From NCBI RefSeq assembly GCF_009914755.1, contig NC_060934.1: a stretch of 64,000 nucleotides of DNA; one strand, written 5' to 3'. The translations under genes were made by a program, and so were the position numbers. This document shows, one piece after another, positions 1 to 16,184 of this stretch (the stretch's first letter is position 1; each line of letters starts with the position of its first letter). Under the pieces are notes generated by a model. That model was not told where the DNA came from, did not search any database, and saw nothing but the letters and a program-made list of their open reading frames with translations. Source of the DNA: the human T2T-CHM13v2.0 reference genome, Homo sapiens.

Positions 1-1055
1 AAGAGAATGAAAAAAGAAGTCACAGACTAGGAGAAAATATTATTACATTATATATCCGATGAAGAAATTGTGTCCAGAACATATTAGGTTTGTGCAAAAA
101 TAATTGTGGTTTTTGCCTTTACTTTCAATGTATAAAGAATACTTTCAACTATAAAGAATCCCCAACAATTCAACAATAAGAAAAGAAGCAACCCATTTTT
201 TGTAATTGGGCAAAAGATTTGAATAAGCATTTCACCAAAGAAGACACGCAAATGTCAAATAAGCACACAGAAAGATTCTCAACATCATTAGTTATTAGTA
301 AAATGCAGATTAAATGTACAGTGAGCTACCACTATCCATATTTTTGAATGGCTAAAATTAAAAATACCAAGTCACGGTGAGAGGGGAAGTACTAGAATTC
401 TCATATACTCTCAGACACTGCTGGTAGGAATGTAAAATAGCACTATCTCACCTTTGCTTTAGAAAACAGTTTGGCCGTTTCTTAAAAAGTTAAATACACA
501 TCTACCATTTGATACAGCTGTTCCACTCCTAGATGTTTACTCAAGAGCAAGGAAATCATACAGTTTTGATAGAAAGATGTGTACATGAATGTTCATAGCA
601 ACTCTATTTGTAAGAGCCAAAAAAATGGAAACAACCCACATGTTCCTCAAGAAAAATATCGACACATAGGCCCCATGGTCTACTCATACAATTGAATGCT
701 ACTCAGCAATGAAAGGTAATGAGATGTTTATACAGGCAACACCATGCGTGAATCCTGAAATAATTGTGCTGAGTAAAAGACGCCAGGCCAAAAACATGGA
801 TACATACCATAGGATTCTATTTATGTACAATTCCAGGAAATGGAAACTTACGTAGAGTGAAGGAAGGCAAATCAGTGGTTACTTGGGGACAGGGAAGGGA
901 TAGGAGAAAAGGATTACAAAGGTGCAGAAGGAAACCTTTGGAGTTGTTAGGTTTATTTATTATTTTGGTTATGGCAGTAGTTTCACAGCTGTAAATTTAT
1001 GAAATCCTGTACTTTAAGTGGGTGTAGTTGATCATCTGTCAGTTACACCTTAGTA
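1..1055 (+). mobile_element. Old L1M (L1MC/ME-like) 3' fragment
   Basis: Degenerate L1 ORF2-end and 3'UTR motifs (gggcaaaagatttgaataagcatttcaccaaagaaga; gaatgttcatagcaactctatttgtaagagccaaaa). Confidence 0.8.
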
Positions 1056-1060
1056 AAGCT

Positions 1061-1330
1061 CAGGAAAGGAGGGAGGGAGGAGAGGGGAGGAGAGGAAGTG
1101 AGGAAGGAAGGAGAGGAAGGAAAGATGGAGAGGAGAGAGACAAAGAAAGGGAGGGAGGAGAGGAAGCGAATATAGGCAGGAGAGAGAGGGAAGAAGGGAG
1201 GGAGGGAGAAGAGGGAGGGAGGGAAAAGCGGGAGGAAGGAAGGGAGGGAGGGAGGGAAGATAAGGAGAAGAAGGGAGGAAGAAAGGAGAGGAAAGACAGG
1301 AAGAAAGAAAGGAGAGAGCTTGAAAGAAGG
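1061..1330. repeat. GA-rich polypurine low-complexity tract
   Basis: Almost pure G/A, GGGA/GGAA units. Confidence 0.95.
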
Positions 1331-2509
1331 GAAATTTCAGCTATCAGAGAACTCGTCTAGGAGCTCAGGTTAGTGAGAGGAAAGTGAGATTTCTTTGGAG
1401 CTCCTCAGTACCATTTCCTAATCTCACTAAGACTGGCCCTGACTGTGTATATCAGCTAAGTGACCTGTTCCACTGGAATGCTGGCTCACATTATTCCATT
1501 TGCATTTATTTTGTATAATGTCCCTGCAATATTTGTGGGACATGAGGGTTCTACCAGTCCACAATTCCAGAAAAATCTGACCTATCTGCTCCCAGGATGT
1601 CAGATGAAAACGAAGATGGCTATACATACAACTCAGGCCACATTTGTCTTCTAGGACTGAGTTTTTGTTAGTACACATACCTCCTTTCTACTTACCCCTT
1701 ACTGTAGAGAATTCTATTAATGATGGAACTTTCCAATAAGCAAACCCAATTGATGAAAATACAAATGTATGAAACAGATAAAGAAGAAATTGATCACGTT
1801 TCTTATAAAAAGAGTCCGAAAGGGCCACTTTAAGTAAGAAAGCTTCTATAGGGAGTCTAAAGATGAGTCAATGTGTAAAAATTGACTCCGTACATATTTC
1901 AGGAATCCAACTACATACTATTAGGCCAACCTGACCAAGTGAAATGAGTTTTATAAACTGCCCTTGTTTTCAGAAGGGCCTCCATGGTGATGAGTATCCA
2001 CCCTGTACTAAACCCCCCATTTCCTCCTGGTGGTGAGTGAAGGGCGTCAGGGATACTGGAGTACAGCTGTGCTTGGGGATGATGCAGAGCCACCTGCACA
2101 GGGGCCTTGGGCTCTTCTATAGTGCCCCTAGAGGACAGGAGGCCCACAAGCAGTCATTGGGGAGGCCAGCTGATCCCCAGGTCATGCATGCCTGCGTAGC
2201 ATAAACGACTCACTGATGTGGCTGGACCTGGCCAGGCTGTGGGTGTGATGAGTTAAGGGCATCCCTGGTGCTGGGGATAGGAGGCACCCAGCACTCTGTG
2301 CCAGCCACCTGCCATCTTCTCTCTACAGAGTCCACTGTGGATCACGCTGCTGTGTTCCCTTCCAGGACCGTTGCCATCCATGTCCAGACTCAAATGTACC
2401 CATGGAATATTTTATTCATCTGTGTCTTTTATTTTTAAACACAAACATCCTTAAACTGAACCATATTATTCTGTATCTTATTATTTTTATCACGCAATAT
2501 GCCTTGTAA

Positions 2510-2828
<319 letters not shown>

Positions 2829-3339
2829 CTCTCTATATTAAAATATAGAAGTCTACCTCATTCTTTCTAACCACTCCCTAGATTGCACACAACATCCATA
2901 GCACAGTTTACATAGCCATGGCCTTATTCCTGGGCATGCAGGTTTTTTCTGTTGCAGACGTCGCTGTGATTAATGCCCATGCGCCTGCCTCTGGTACACT
3001 TGGGGAGGGTTTAAACTGAGCTTTAACCCCATACTCCTGAGAAATACAGTTTTACCCCATACCCTTGATAAATACCATTTTACCCCACAACTGCTTTCAA
3101 AACTTCTAATGTGCATATATACACCTTTGTCATAGAAAGTATCAATTCCTGAGAAGCAGTTGGAAAAACACTTCAAGATCTATAAGTAAAATTGAGGAGT
3201 GGGACTTTTTTCTTAGATCCCTGTTTCTCTCATTTCGGCCTTTAGATAAGGATCCACCCAGATTATCATCCTGTTTGGATGTCTCTTGATCATGATTAGC
3301 TGTGTTTTGTTTCGTTTGCTTGTTTCAACTGTTCACATT

Positions 3340-3510
3340 AGAGTTGGACAGGCCTGGGTTCAAACTGATTTGACTTCTCTGAGCCTCAAGTTTCCACATC
3401 TGAAGAATGGACATGATAATGAATAACTAACAGTGTTGTCGACCTGTGGAATATGTGTGAAGTGCTAAGCAAAATGATTAAAACATACTACGTAATAATT
3501 GGTGGCTGTT
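3340..3510 (+). mobile_element. MIR fragment
   Basis: Core ctctgagcctcaagtttccacatctgaagaatgg. Confidence 0.7.
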
Positions 3511-3758
3511 ATGGAATAAATGGTAAAGTTTACAAAATAAAGTACATCCAGTAATTTCAGTATTTTGAATATTGAGAGTATTTTTAGTAACAGCAATTTT
3601 TCAGTATATTCGTATCTTTGTCACTCATTGTCTTTCCTAGGAATGAAATACTATTTATTCACCACCACACAATTACACATACCCATTTTAAACTTAGGTT
3701 AAATTGCCATTAGAGTTTGGTCTAAGTTTGATAAATTACTAGGTAATCTAAAATTTGA

Positions 3759-4468
<710 letters not shown>

Positions 4469-5000
4469 CTATTTATTTCCCAGGTCTGCTAATTCAACAG
4501 GATACGTGGTGAAAATATTCTTAATTTCCAGAGTTGTACTACCTAATTTTCTTCTATCGTCAAAGTCATTCAGGTGATAAAATTTTTAATTATCCCCAAC
4601 ATAAATGGGAAAGACCTGAAAAAAAGCCATCTTTGCTGATGCGGTGTGTTCATTTTACCCAGCACTTTGCGCCAGCCACTCACTGTCCTAAGTGTTGGTG
4701 ATGGAGATGTTACAAAAGCACCCAAGCTGCTGCCCTCATGGAATCTACAGTCTAGCACAGGAGACAAGCAGGAATGAACTAGCATTGAGACAGAATCTAG
4801 ATTATGAGAAGGTAGCATTTCACTAGTCCTAATTAAGCTGATATTGACCATGTGCTCTATAAATTACTAAACTAAGAGACAGACCTGTCACAATCCAGGG
4901 GGTTCTTAGTTTTGATGCTATAAAAATATACAGTAAATAAACAAAGAGGAGAGTGTTCTGTAATAGGCAAAGTAGAGAACATACCAGAACATACCTTTCT

Positions 5001-5305
5001 TTTTCTTTTTCTTTTCTTTTTTTTTTTTTTTTTTTTTGAAACGGAGTCTCACTCTGTCGCCAGGCTGTAGTGCGGGGGCGCAATCTCGGCTCACTGCAAC
5101 CTCCACCTCCCAGGTTCAAGCAATTCTCCTGCATCAGCCTCCTGAGTAGCTGGAATTACAGGCACAAGCCGCCACACCCAGCTAATTTTCGTATTTTTAG
5201 TAGAGACGGGGTTTCACCATGTTGGCCAGGATGGTCTCAATCTCTTGACCTCGTGATCCACCCCCCTCAGCCTCCCAAAGTGCTGGGATTACAGGCATGA
5301 GCCAC
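5001..5305 (-). mobile_element. AluS (Sc-like) with 15-bp TSD
   Basis: TSD agaac(a/g)tacctttct at 4986-5000 and 5307-5321. Confidence 0.92.
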
Positions 5306-5398
5306 GAGAACGTACCTTTCTAACATAAGAAATCTTTTCCCAAAATCTGGATCAAGAAAACATACTCTACAAATATAGCATTTCCTTTTTGTTCAAAG

Positions 5399-5443
5399 AC
5401 ACACACACGCAAACGCACACACACACACATGCATGCACACACA
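5399..5443. repeat. Imperfect (CA)n microsatellite
   Basis: acacacacgcaaacgcacacacacacacatgcatgcacacaca. Confidence 0.85.
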
Positions 5444-5689
5444 TAACTAGAAGGGAAAAAATTCGTACAGCTTGCAACAGGCCCTAGAGATTTAAATACC
5501 GAAACCTTTAATTTGTACCAATAATTCATATACAGCTATATGGGGTGAAAAAGGTTAATGATGGAATTTTTTAAAGTATGTTTCATTGACTATAAATGGC
5601 AGATTTGACAGTTAAAATGAAAATTGTTCCAGAAGAAACTTTAGTCAAACTAATTATTTGAGACGTTATAAGGATGTATAATTATATTC

Positions 5690-6196
5690 TTCACCTTTTA
5701 AAAAAAGTTTTATTACAAATGTGCTTTTAAAGAACAAGTAGAGAAATAAAAGCTGTAATTGTTCTTAATTATAGCTAACTGTAATTGCACTCAATTGCAA
5801 TATGCTGAATATCACCAATGGCTAAAGAAATCCTGGCATGCAGACAGTGCACCCACACTCATGAGATGAGGTATCATTTTATGAATATTCTGTTATCTAT
5901 AATTTAGCTCTTTTACTGTTGATTCCATTTCTGTTGGTTTTATTTTATTTTATTTTATTTTTTTAGTGATTATAGAGATGTAATTGTCATCTGTGAATGT
6001 ATTGAAGGTTGTAAATTTCATCTGGGCTTGGTTCAAAATTCCCGTTGCTACAGAAAAAAGACGTATTGGAGATTGTTAAAATGAGAGATTTGGACATGAC
6101 CCACCATGATTGAATACATTGAATACACAGATTTGCATTTTCAGAGGTAATGATGGATACCACATTTAATCTGCCCAGCATGGTCCAAGAAGCAAC
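5690..6196 (-). ncRNA. Candidate terminal exon of a minus-strand lncRNA
   Basis: Acceptor aattttccag|G (AG at 6198-6197); AATAAA hexamers on minus at ~5940-5960 and 5708-5713; no recognisable ORF. Confidence 0.35.
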
Positions 6197-6425
6197 CTGG
6201 AAAATTTGAAGGATCTAAAATAGCATGAGCTACCCTTCTGCAGAAAGCTCTCGGAGTAGTGTTATTTCAAATGGGTAAAATGCCTCATGAATGGAAAGAT
6301 GTTCATCTCTCTCTCTCTCCTTTATGCTCAGGACTCAAATCAAGTTCTGTTTCTGCCCATACTGATGCCGCCCGGCCTGCCCGTACAGTCAGAGGGGAGA
6401 TGTTCAGCTCTGAGCTGCTTCCTGA

Positions 6426-6823
<398 letters not shown>

Positions 6824-7087
6824 TGAAGGGATATTTTTAAACATAAATAAATACACTGTTGGAGAAAGGAAATAGGTTCTTTATCTTCAGGAGAAAGAAG
6901 CATTTTATTATGTGTTTATAGCCATTGTTCAGAAAATTAAAAAATAAAAACCAACATTAACAACAACAACAAAAAGATTCTTTCAAATCATATCAGAACA
7001 ACCTTTATTTCTTTGCTATTTCCATAAGTGGCTGCTCAGAGCTTCCAACCTTGTAGCCAGAGACAGCTTTGACACAATTGCTGGTAC

Positions 7088-7393
7088 TTTTGTTTGTTTG
7101 TTTTGTTTTGAGATGTAGTCTTGCCCTGTCACCCAGGCTAGAGTGCAGTGGCGCCATCTCGGCTCACTTCACCTTCCACCTCCCAGATTCAGCCGATTCT
7201 CCTGCCTCAGCTCCCGAGTAGCTGGAACTACAGGCATGTGCCACCATGCCAGGCTAATTTTTTAGTATTTTTAGTAGAGACAGGGTTTTGCCATGTTGGT
7301 CAGGCTGGTCTCGAACTCCTGACCTCAAGTGATCCCACCTGCCTCAGCCTCCCAAAGTGCTAGAATTACAGGCGTGAGCCACCATGCCTGGCC
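7088..7393 (-). mobile_element. AluS
   Basis: Full-length reverse Alu; TSD-like gctggt..ttt flanks. Confidence 0.9.
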
Positions 7394-8717
7394 GCTGGTG
7401 CATTTTTTAAAGAGAAAAATAATGCATTTAACTGAGGGGAGCCCCATGTTCTGACTGTAGGTTGGAGGTAGGCCCAGGGAGAGGGAGGTCCTCTGAGGGG
7501 CTGTCCTTTTGACTGAGGTCACCGCAGCCACACTGCTGCCTAAAAGGGAGCAAATCTGTTCCTCACTTCAGGGTATCTGGGGGAGGCAAGAGAGGCTGTG
7601 TCCTTAGAAATGGTTTGTGTCCCTCAGAACCTTCATAGTACCTGGTAGGAGGAAATAATGTGGCCCCTACTTCATCACAGACAGCGGAAGTCCAGGGGCT
7701 AGGGTATCTTATCTCTTCATCTTTTCCATCAAACCACTTCATTCTGGATGGAGTCTTTCTGTGGCCGTCACAAAACTGCTTGTTCTTCTCCATGGTTTCT
7801 CTCTCCACCAGAACCTCCCGTGTTCCTTCTGCCCTGGTAGCTCTCACACAGACTCCTCTTTGAAGACCGTGGCTTTTGTGTTTTCATTTCTCAGAAAGAG
7901 AAGGAGCATCTCTAAGACAAAAATCTTCTTCCTCTTGTCCATGTTATCTGCTTTCTCAATCACAAATATTGGCATTGGCTGTTAGGCGAATGAAGTCCCT
8001 TGATATCTGTTTCAGCAAAAACTCCCTTCCTGCCCTCCCCAAAAGGGAATCAGTGAAATGAGGTGGATAAAATCTCTTCCCATTACTTGTCATTATGTAT
8101 TCATTTGTGTAAGTATTTGTGGCTGTGTCTTCTCCAGTAGACAGACAGCCTCATGAAAGAGGGGGCTCATGTTTATAAAGTTTCCTGTCTAATAATATCC
8201 AGCATGTAGAGATGGACACACAGTAGGAGGTGTAGAAATGTGTGTTGAACAAATGAATAAATGCTAATGAATTCAATACCAATACTTGTTGGTTGATGGA
8301 TTAGGCCATTAGTCAAACATCACAATGCAGGCTGGTATTTGCAAATCCCTCTTTGATCCAGAAATTATCAAGAGTAGAGATGATTTTCTCTAATTAAGAG
8401 GACTTATTAGTGATATTATGTCCCTGGGAACTAATAGAGAAAAATTGGGCATTATTGCAAAATAGGCATCCTTTTAAACGAACTTACATAAAATTTTTGT
8501 TTTTGATTAATAATTATTTTGGTGTGTTTTTCCTTAAGAAGCCACGTATGAATTGCAGTGCAGCTTAGAGCATAATAATTCAGCACTATTAACTGCAGAG
8601 TTCTTTAATAAACTGATCCTCTCCCACTTGTACAAGCATATGATTTGAAAAAAATACACTTCTGTTGGTTTGTTTTGGAGAGATGTCACTTTGTTCACAA
8701 AGCTTTAAAGAAACACA

Positions 8718-9043
<326 letters not shown>

Positions 9044-9273
9044 ACACAAGTAAATGTCTCGCATGTGCATTGTCTGTTTTTTCGGTTTTTGCTTTGACTT
9101 TTGCTTTTCAGTTCTGGGAGTACAAGTTGGTAAGTGAAACTTCATGTGACATTTCTAGGCTCTGAGACTATCTTCAAGAGCTGGTTACATTTGCGACTGC
9201 CAAAGTCTAAATGAGTGACTTTCAATGAGCAGGAATTGTTACTAACAGCCGAGTCAGGTACTTAGCGGCTCAC

Positions 9274-9433
9274 ATTGTCTAACTGTGGTAGAATTACAGA
9301 GCATATGGTGTATGATGCTTAACATGCAAACCCAAGCCTGCATAGGGAACATCCTCATAATGCCACTAGCAGTGTCCAAGACAGGCCTCCTCTTCTTGGG
9401 TGGGTTTCTGAGCTGCGTCTGAAGAGGACATTT
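9274..9433 (-). ncRNA. Candidate internal lncRNA exon (160 nt)
   Basis: Strong acceptor tgtttgctttctttcag|A; moderate donor AAT|gtgagc. Confidence 0.35.
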
Positions 9434-9781
9434 CTGAAAGAAAGCAAACATAAGCCCTTCCCACTATCTCGAAATGACGGAAGGGACACCAGTGCCATTT
9501 GCACACTGGCTTCCCTTACAGATGCCAGCCAGGGCCGGATGGGCTCCTCTGCGGAGGTGATTAAGAGAAACCTTTGGCAGTTTGATTTTCAAGGCACTTG
9601 AGCACAAGGGCAGGGACAAAGGCACACACTTGTGGCTCTTTTATAGAAAGAATACTAAAATAATACAAGTAAATTGTGAGCCAAATAAAATCGTAGCAAG
9701 GACTCTCAACAGGACTCCCCAAGTGAAAATGAAAGATGATCAGGAAGAGGCTGTATGTGTCAGTGATTAGATTCAATGAAC

Positions 9782-10043
9782 CTGAACTGCAGCGATGCCT
9801 CTGACGGCTCCGACTGCAGGCCTGCCTCCTATCAGATGGAAGTGGCTCGTTCCAAGCACCGCGCAGTGCATTCCTGAGTATTGACTAAGGGATTTGTGCA
9901 TGGGAGACCGGTTTCCCCACGGCAGCGCCTCTCCGCAAGCCTGGGCCTGGGGCCTGTCCGGACCTCCGTCCAGGCAGCGAAATCCCAAAAGTGTATGCAG
10001 TGATTTAAAGAGTAACTCCGCCTCCTGGACTTCATCTTGAAAT
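9782..10043 (-). ncRNA. Candidate lncRNA exon overlapping a CpG-rich patch
   Basis: Strong acceptor actttctctacctctcag|A; weak donor CAG|gttcat (3' boundary uncertain); ~14 CpG in 250 bp. Confidence 0.3.
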
Positions 10044-10686
10044 CTGAGAGGTAGAGAAAGTTTCGTTCCTATGAATGTAGGCTAGGCAGAAGGAACTTAG
10101 AGGAGCGCTCTTGGGAAACTGTTCTGAAAGCAGAACCACATCTGTGAATGTAGCTGGCTCGTATTGCAATCATTTCCACCCAGGAATAGATCTGAGAGGC
10201 TGGCCTCTGTAGCGATGTAAAGTGTCTCTTGTCGAAACCTACAGTTTTCTAAGTGATGTGGTGAGTTTATTTAAGGGTCTTGTTTTAGTTGATCAGCATT
10301 TTGAATGTACAAACACAGGCTGCCCTTCTTTTCTCTTAAATTACAACAATACCTAGTATCACCTGTTTCATACAGCAGGTACCCCGTAAATCTTGAGGAG
10401 AAGAAAGAAATGCAGTAGTGCAAAGGAAAGAAATGAGCATAAGAAAGGGAGGTGAGGATGGAAGCGGTTGCATTTAATGCAGTCACATATTCACAGAGTC
10501 ACCGCATCAGAGAGGTCTCCCAGGACCACCCTGCATAAAATTACAGCCTCTGCCACCCTGCTTTTACTTTCTACCCCGCTACCTTGCTTCATCCTTCATA
10601 ACATATTCTATATAATGTAGGAATCAATATTCATTTGCTTGTTTGGTTTTTGTCTATCTCCCACTTCTAGAATGTGAAGTTCCTAA

Positions 10687-10972
<286 letters not shown>

Positions 10973-11079
10973 AACGGGGCTTTTTTTGTTGCTGTTGTTC
11001 ATTTGCTATAGCAGAAGCCAGAAGGGGTGCAGGAGTATACAGCATAGATAACATATCTGTGGCTTACGCATACTCCCCT

Positions 11080-11345
11080 GTTGTTCACATCCTGATGAAA
11101 AGCATGGGCTCCGGAGCTGGGATGCTTGGGCTGTGTTCAAATCCTGACTCTATCTGTCATTGCCTGCATGGCCTTGGGAAGTAACATAACATTCTTTTGT
11201 CTCATTTTTCTCGTCCTAACCATGGTGTAGTGATAGTAACTACTTCGTGAGGCTTTTCTAAGGATTAAGTGAGTGGACGCCTGTAAATGGCCTGGAATAG
11301 TGGCTGGTGTTAAAGAAGATTCCATTTGATGTGAACAGTTCCATG
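11080..11345 (+). mobile_element. MIR
   Basis: agcatgggctccggagc...gttcaaatcctgactct...ccttgggaagtaac...aggattaagtgag. Confidence 0.75.
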
Positions 11346-11660
11346 AATGTGTGTGTGCAATTGTAGATTTCACCATGTGAGAATAATTACTTGTGTTTGT
11401 ATACAGACACACACACACACATTTTGATGTTTTAATCATGAGTGAAAATCAAGGAGGAATAAAAGTAGGAGAGAAGACATGAAGGCCAAAAAGAATGAAA
11501 ACATAGTGATGAATGACCAGAGGGAAAATCAGAGTGAGGGGAAAGGACAGTGTCTTTAGATTTTGTTTAACAGAGAAGAAACTTTCATCTCTAAGGTGTT
11601 TGGGATTTTCCAGTGCTAAGGTTCACCACACAAGAAAAAAAATTAACTGTCCTGAATTAA

Positions 11661-12015
<355 letters not shown>

Positions 12016-12090
12016 TAAGTTCTTGTTTATGTTTTATTTGAAAATGGATCCAAATTAAAAATGCCCACAGTTTGCCTCAAGCTAGTTGAC

Positions 12091-12330
12091 AAAAGAAAGA
12101 AAGAGAGAAGGAGAGAGAGAAAGAAAGGGAGGGAGGGAAGGAAGGAAGGAAGGAGGGAAGGAGAGAAGGAAGGAAGGAAGGAAGGAAGGAAGGAAGGAAG
12201 GAAGGAAGAAGGAAGGGAGGGAGGGAGGGACGGACGGGGCAGGGGAAGGAAAGGGAAGGAAGAGAGGAAGGAAGGAAGGAAAAAGGGAAAGGAAGGAAAA
12301 AGGGAAGGGGAAGAGAGGGGAGGGGAAAAA
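12091..12330. repeat. Polypurine tract containing (GGAA)10
   Basis: Ten uninterrupted GGAA units at 12168-12207 within a GA-rich tract. Confidence 0.95.
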
Positions 12331-13167
12331 TCTGCTTGGTTGTAATACTTTCACTCCTAATTACAATAAAGAAAACCCCACACCTTCTACAACTAGAACA
12401 TTAAATCATTTTTAGGACAGGCAATACAAATAAAATCTATTTTACCTTTTTTTAAAAAAAAAAATGTTCTCTGTACTTTTGGGAAAAAAATTAAAGATAC
12501 AGTTGGAGAAAAACATTCCAGGTCTTAAAAATATTTATCTTGCTGACACACAATTAGCATGGGGGCTCATGTCTTGTATTTTACAGTTGTCAGCTAATTT
12601 TGGAAACTGGCAGAGGCTGCACAGAAATAGATGGTGTGCTCTTGCTTCAACACTTCCTAAAAAAAGAACTGCTCGCATAGTTCAGGAACGGGGAAGGACA
12701 GGAGATGACGAGGGAATGTTATTGCAGACAGCTGATAAAAGCTGGCATCACGCTTTGCACTGATGAATGCTCTACATATTTAAAATTAAAAGATTTTTTT
12801 TAAGGAATGCTAAATAATCTACCAAAACTGTGTCAGACACAGGGGACACTTGTCTGCTATCTTTTTCGGGATTTTTTTCCTTCAATAAAACTGAATTTAT
12901 GCTGCAACTTCAAATTTGCGGAGAGCTTTCCTGTTGGTTCAGGCTGATGATCACACCAACGATGGTGTGGTGTTACTTTGACATCTGAGACACAGAGACC
13001 CTGAAGAGGTCAAATGAATTGCCCAAGGATATACAACTTATCAGAACCAGCACCTTCCATCACCTCATTCTACTTCTTAGTTGCTGGGACAGTTCTTTTT
13101 CTCTGAACATATAATTGCACTTTGTAGTTGTTTGCATCCTTGTTTTCATTCAATTTTTAGTGGTCTG

Positions 13168-13500
<333 letters not shown>

Positions 13501-13725
13501 TCAGATTATCTTGGTAATGATAACTAAGGAAAGGAAATTAGTACAATTAAACTCCAAATACTGCTATAACTATATCAGGCATTTTTTAAAAAATGAACTT
13601 AAGAGAGCAGAATTACCAGCCAGTAGAAAATGTCTATACACTCAAATTTATTAAGTGTTTGGTGTGTGCCAGGCACTGAGTATTCAACATCTTATATGAG
13701 CTGTGATCTTTGACTAAGAGTAGCC

Positions 13726-14054
13726 TTTTTTGTGGTTGTTTTTGAGATAAGATCTTGCTCTGTCACCCAGGCTGGAGAGCAGTAGAAGGATCACAGCTCA
13801 CTGCATCCTTGAACTCCTGGGCTCAAGTGCTTCTCCCACCTCAGCCTCCAAAGTAGCTAGGATTATAGGTGCATGCAACCATGCCCACCTCATCTGTTTG
13901 TTTGTTTTTTCTGTTTTTGTTTTTGTTTTTGTTTTATAGGAAAGCAGTATTGCTATGTGGCCTAGACTGGTTTTGAACTCCTGGGCTCAAGCGATCCTCC
14001 TACCTCAGCCTCCCAAAGTGCCGGGATTATAGGTGTAAGCCACGGCACCCGGCC
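13726..14054 (-). mobile_element. AluJ
   Basis: Reverse Alu, J diagnostics, expanded middle T-rich linker. Confidence 0.88.
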
Positions 14055-14873
14055 CTTAGGGGAGTTTTCAGTAGTAGATAAATGAAGAGTATTCATTACT
14101 TGGTGCCTTATACAGTTTCTTTTACTGGAATGTAAACACTTGGCAAGAAGGATCAGGATCTAAATTCATCTTAGTGCCTCTCAAAACATCCAGCATTGCC
14201 TGGGCTGAACGTAGATTAAGTGCTAATGAATATTTTGCATGAATAAATATTAGTCAGGAAATAAAGATGATTTACGCTTAGGAAGCAATGCTAATAATGG
14301 ACATTGTGCCTATAAAAGGTCAATGAAAAATGCATGGTTTTTATGTTACCTGCTTTAAATCACCTCAGGTGGGTTATGACAGAGCATAATCTAGAAGCAT
14401 GGGATATTCTGCTCAATTTATTTTCCTCAAGGGTTGCTTTACAAAAGGTATAAATTCATGAAAACATGTCACTAATTCAGATGACTGTTTAACAGTAGTA
14501 AACAGATAAAAACAAACAAATGGTCACCTGAAAAGCTCCAGTGTTTGTCGATTTGCTGGTCTCAAAAATGGTGACTGGATGATGACTCCTAGCTACATTA
14601 CTGCAGTCAAATACAGTGGGGTGTTTTTGTCTGTTTCATTTTGTTAAAATTTGGAGCTACATGCACCAATGAAATCATCAGGTTTTCAGTAATCATGGAC
14701 ATCAAGTAATATCTGTAACTCTAATGTCAGTTTTTAGCACATGAGCGTGTAAAGCATAGTTTTCCCCGGCTGGGACTTAATACATGATGAACATGACTTT
14801 TCCCCAGCATCTATCTTTTGCTTTCAAGGTAGGGCCAACACCTTTGTCTTTGAATGTGTGATTCACTGAATAA

Positions 14874-15323
<450 letters not shown>

Positions 15324-15646
15324 TGACTTGTCATTTTTTATCTTTTCAAAGTTTCTAACTTAGTTTTTACAGAAACAAGAATTTTTCCACACTTGTATTT
15401 CATCAATTTTACATCAGGCTTAATTAAATTTAAAAATTACAGTGATTGCCAGTACCATAAACAGGTTGGGGAACAAACACAGTATACTCTTGGTAAGCGT
15501 GGAGACTTAAGCAGCTGGAGCCAAAGCAAAGCAGGTGCTCTTAGAGGCCTCAGCCTCTGTGTTTTCCCTTGTGAGTGAAGGATGTTGGTCAATCCAGTAA
15601 GCTTTTGAAACAGAGGTCAATTATGGACATTTCTATTGCAGTGGAT

Positions 15647-15960
15647 TGTTGTTTGTTTTGTTTTGTTTTTAAGAGACAGAATGTCACTCTGTTGCCCAGA
15701 CTGGAGTGGACTGGTGTGGCACAATCATGGCTCACTGCAGCTGTGACCTCCTGGGCTCAAGCAATCCTCCCGCCTCAGCCTCCCAAGTAGCTAGGATTAC
15801 AGGCAGGCACCATGATGAGCAGCTCATTTTTCAAATGTTTAGTAGAGACAGGGTCTCACTGTGTTGCCCTGGCTGGCCTCAAACTCCTGGGCTCAAGCCG
15901 TCCTCCTGCCTCAGCCTCCCAAAGTGCTAGGATCACATGTGTGAGCCGCTGTGCTTGGCC
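15647..15960 (-). mobile_element. AluJ
   Basis: Reverse Alu, J diagnostics. Confidence 0.88.
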
Positions 15961-15966
15961 TTACTG

Positions 15967-16184
15967 CAGCGGTCTCAGTTGAAGACAGCTTTGTCACCAG
16001 TGGACATTTAGCATTGTCTGAGGACATGTTTGGGAGCTACAGTGGGGCTGGTGGGGAGCAGTACTACCGGCATCAGTGGGTAGATGACAGGGATGCCATT
16101 AAACATTCTACAATGTCCAAGATTAAACAACATCCAAAACAAAAGATTATTTTGCTCAAAATAATGTCAAGTTTGAGAAATGCT
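15967..16184 (+). mobile_element. MER20 (hAT-Charlie MITE)
   Basis: ggacatttagcattgtctgaggaca...ggcatcagtgggtaga...gggatgccattaaacattctacaatg...gtttgagaaa match MER20. Confidence 0.8.

Noticed and set aside
1028-1360. R/E/G/K-rich ORFs (also 12061-12415, 18982-19245, 60283-60725)
   Set aside because: Stop-free only because they run through polypurine or polypyrimidine tracts
7563-8061. Overlapping ORFs on both strands in unique DNA
   Set aside because: No recognisable homology and frames interrupted by stops; at most a non-coding exon
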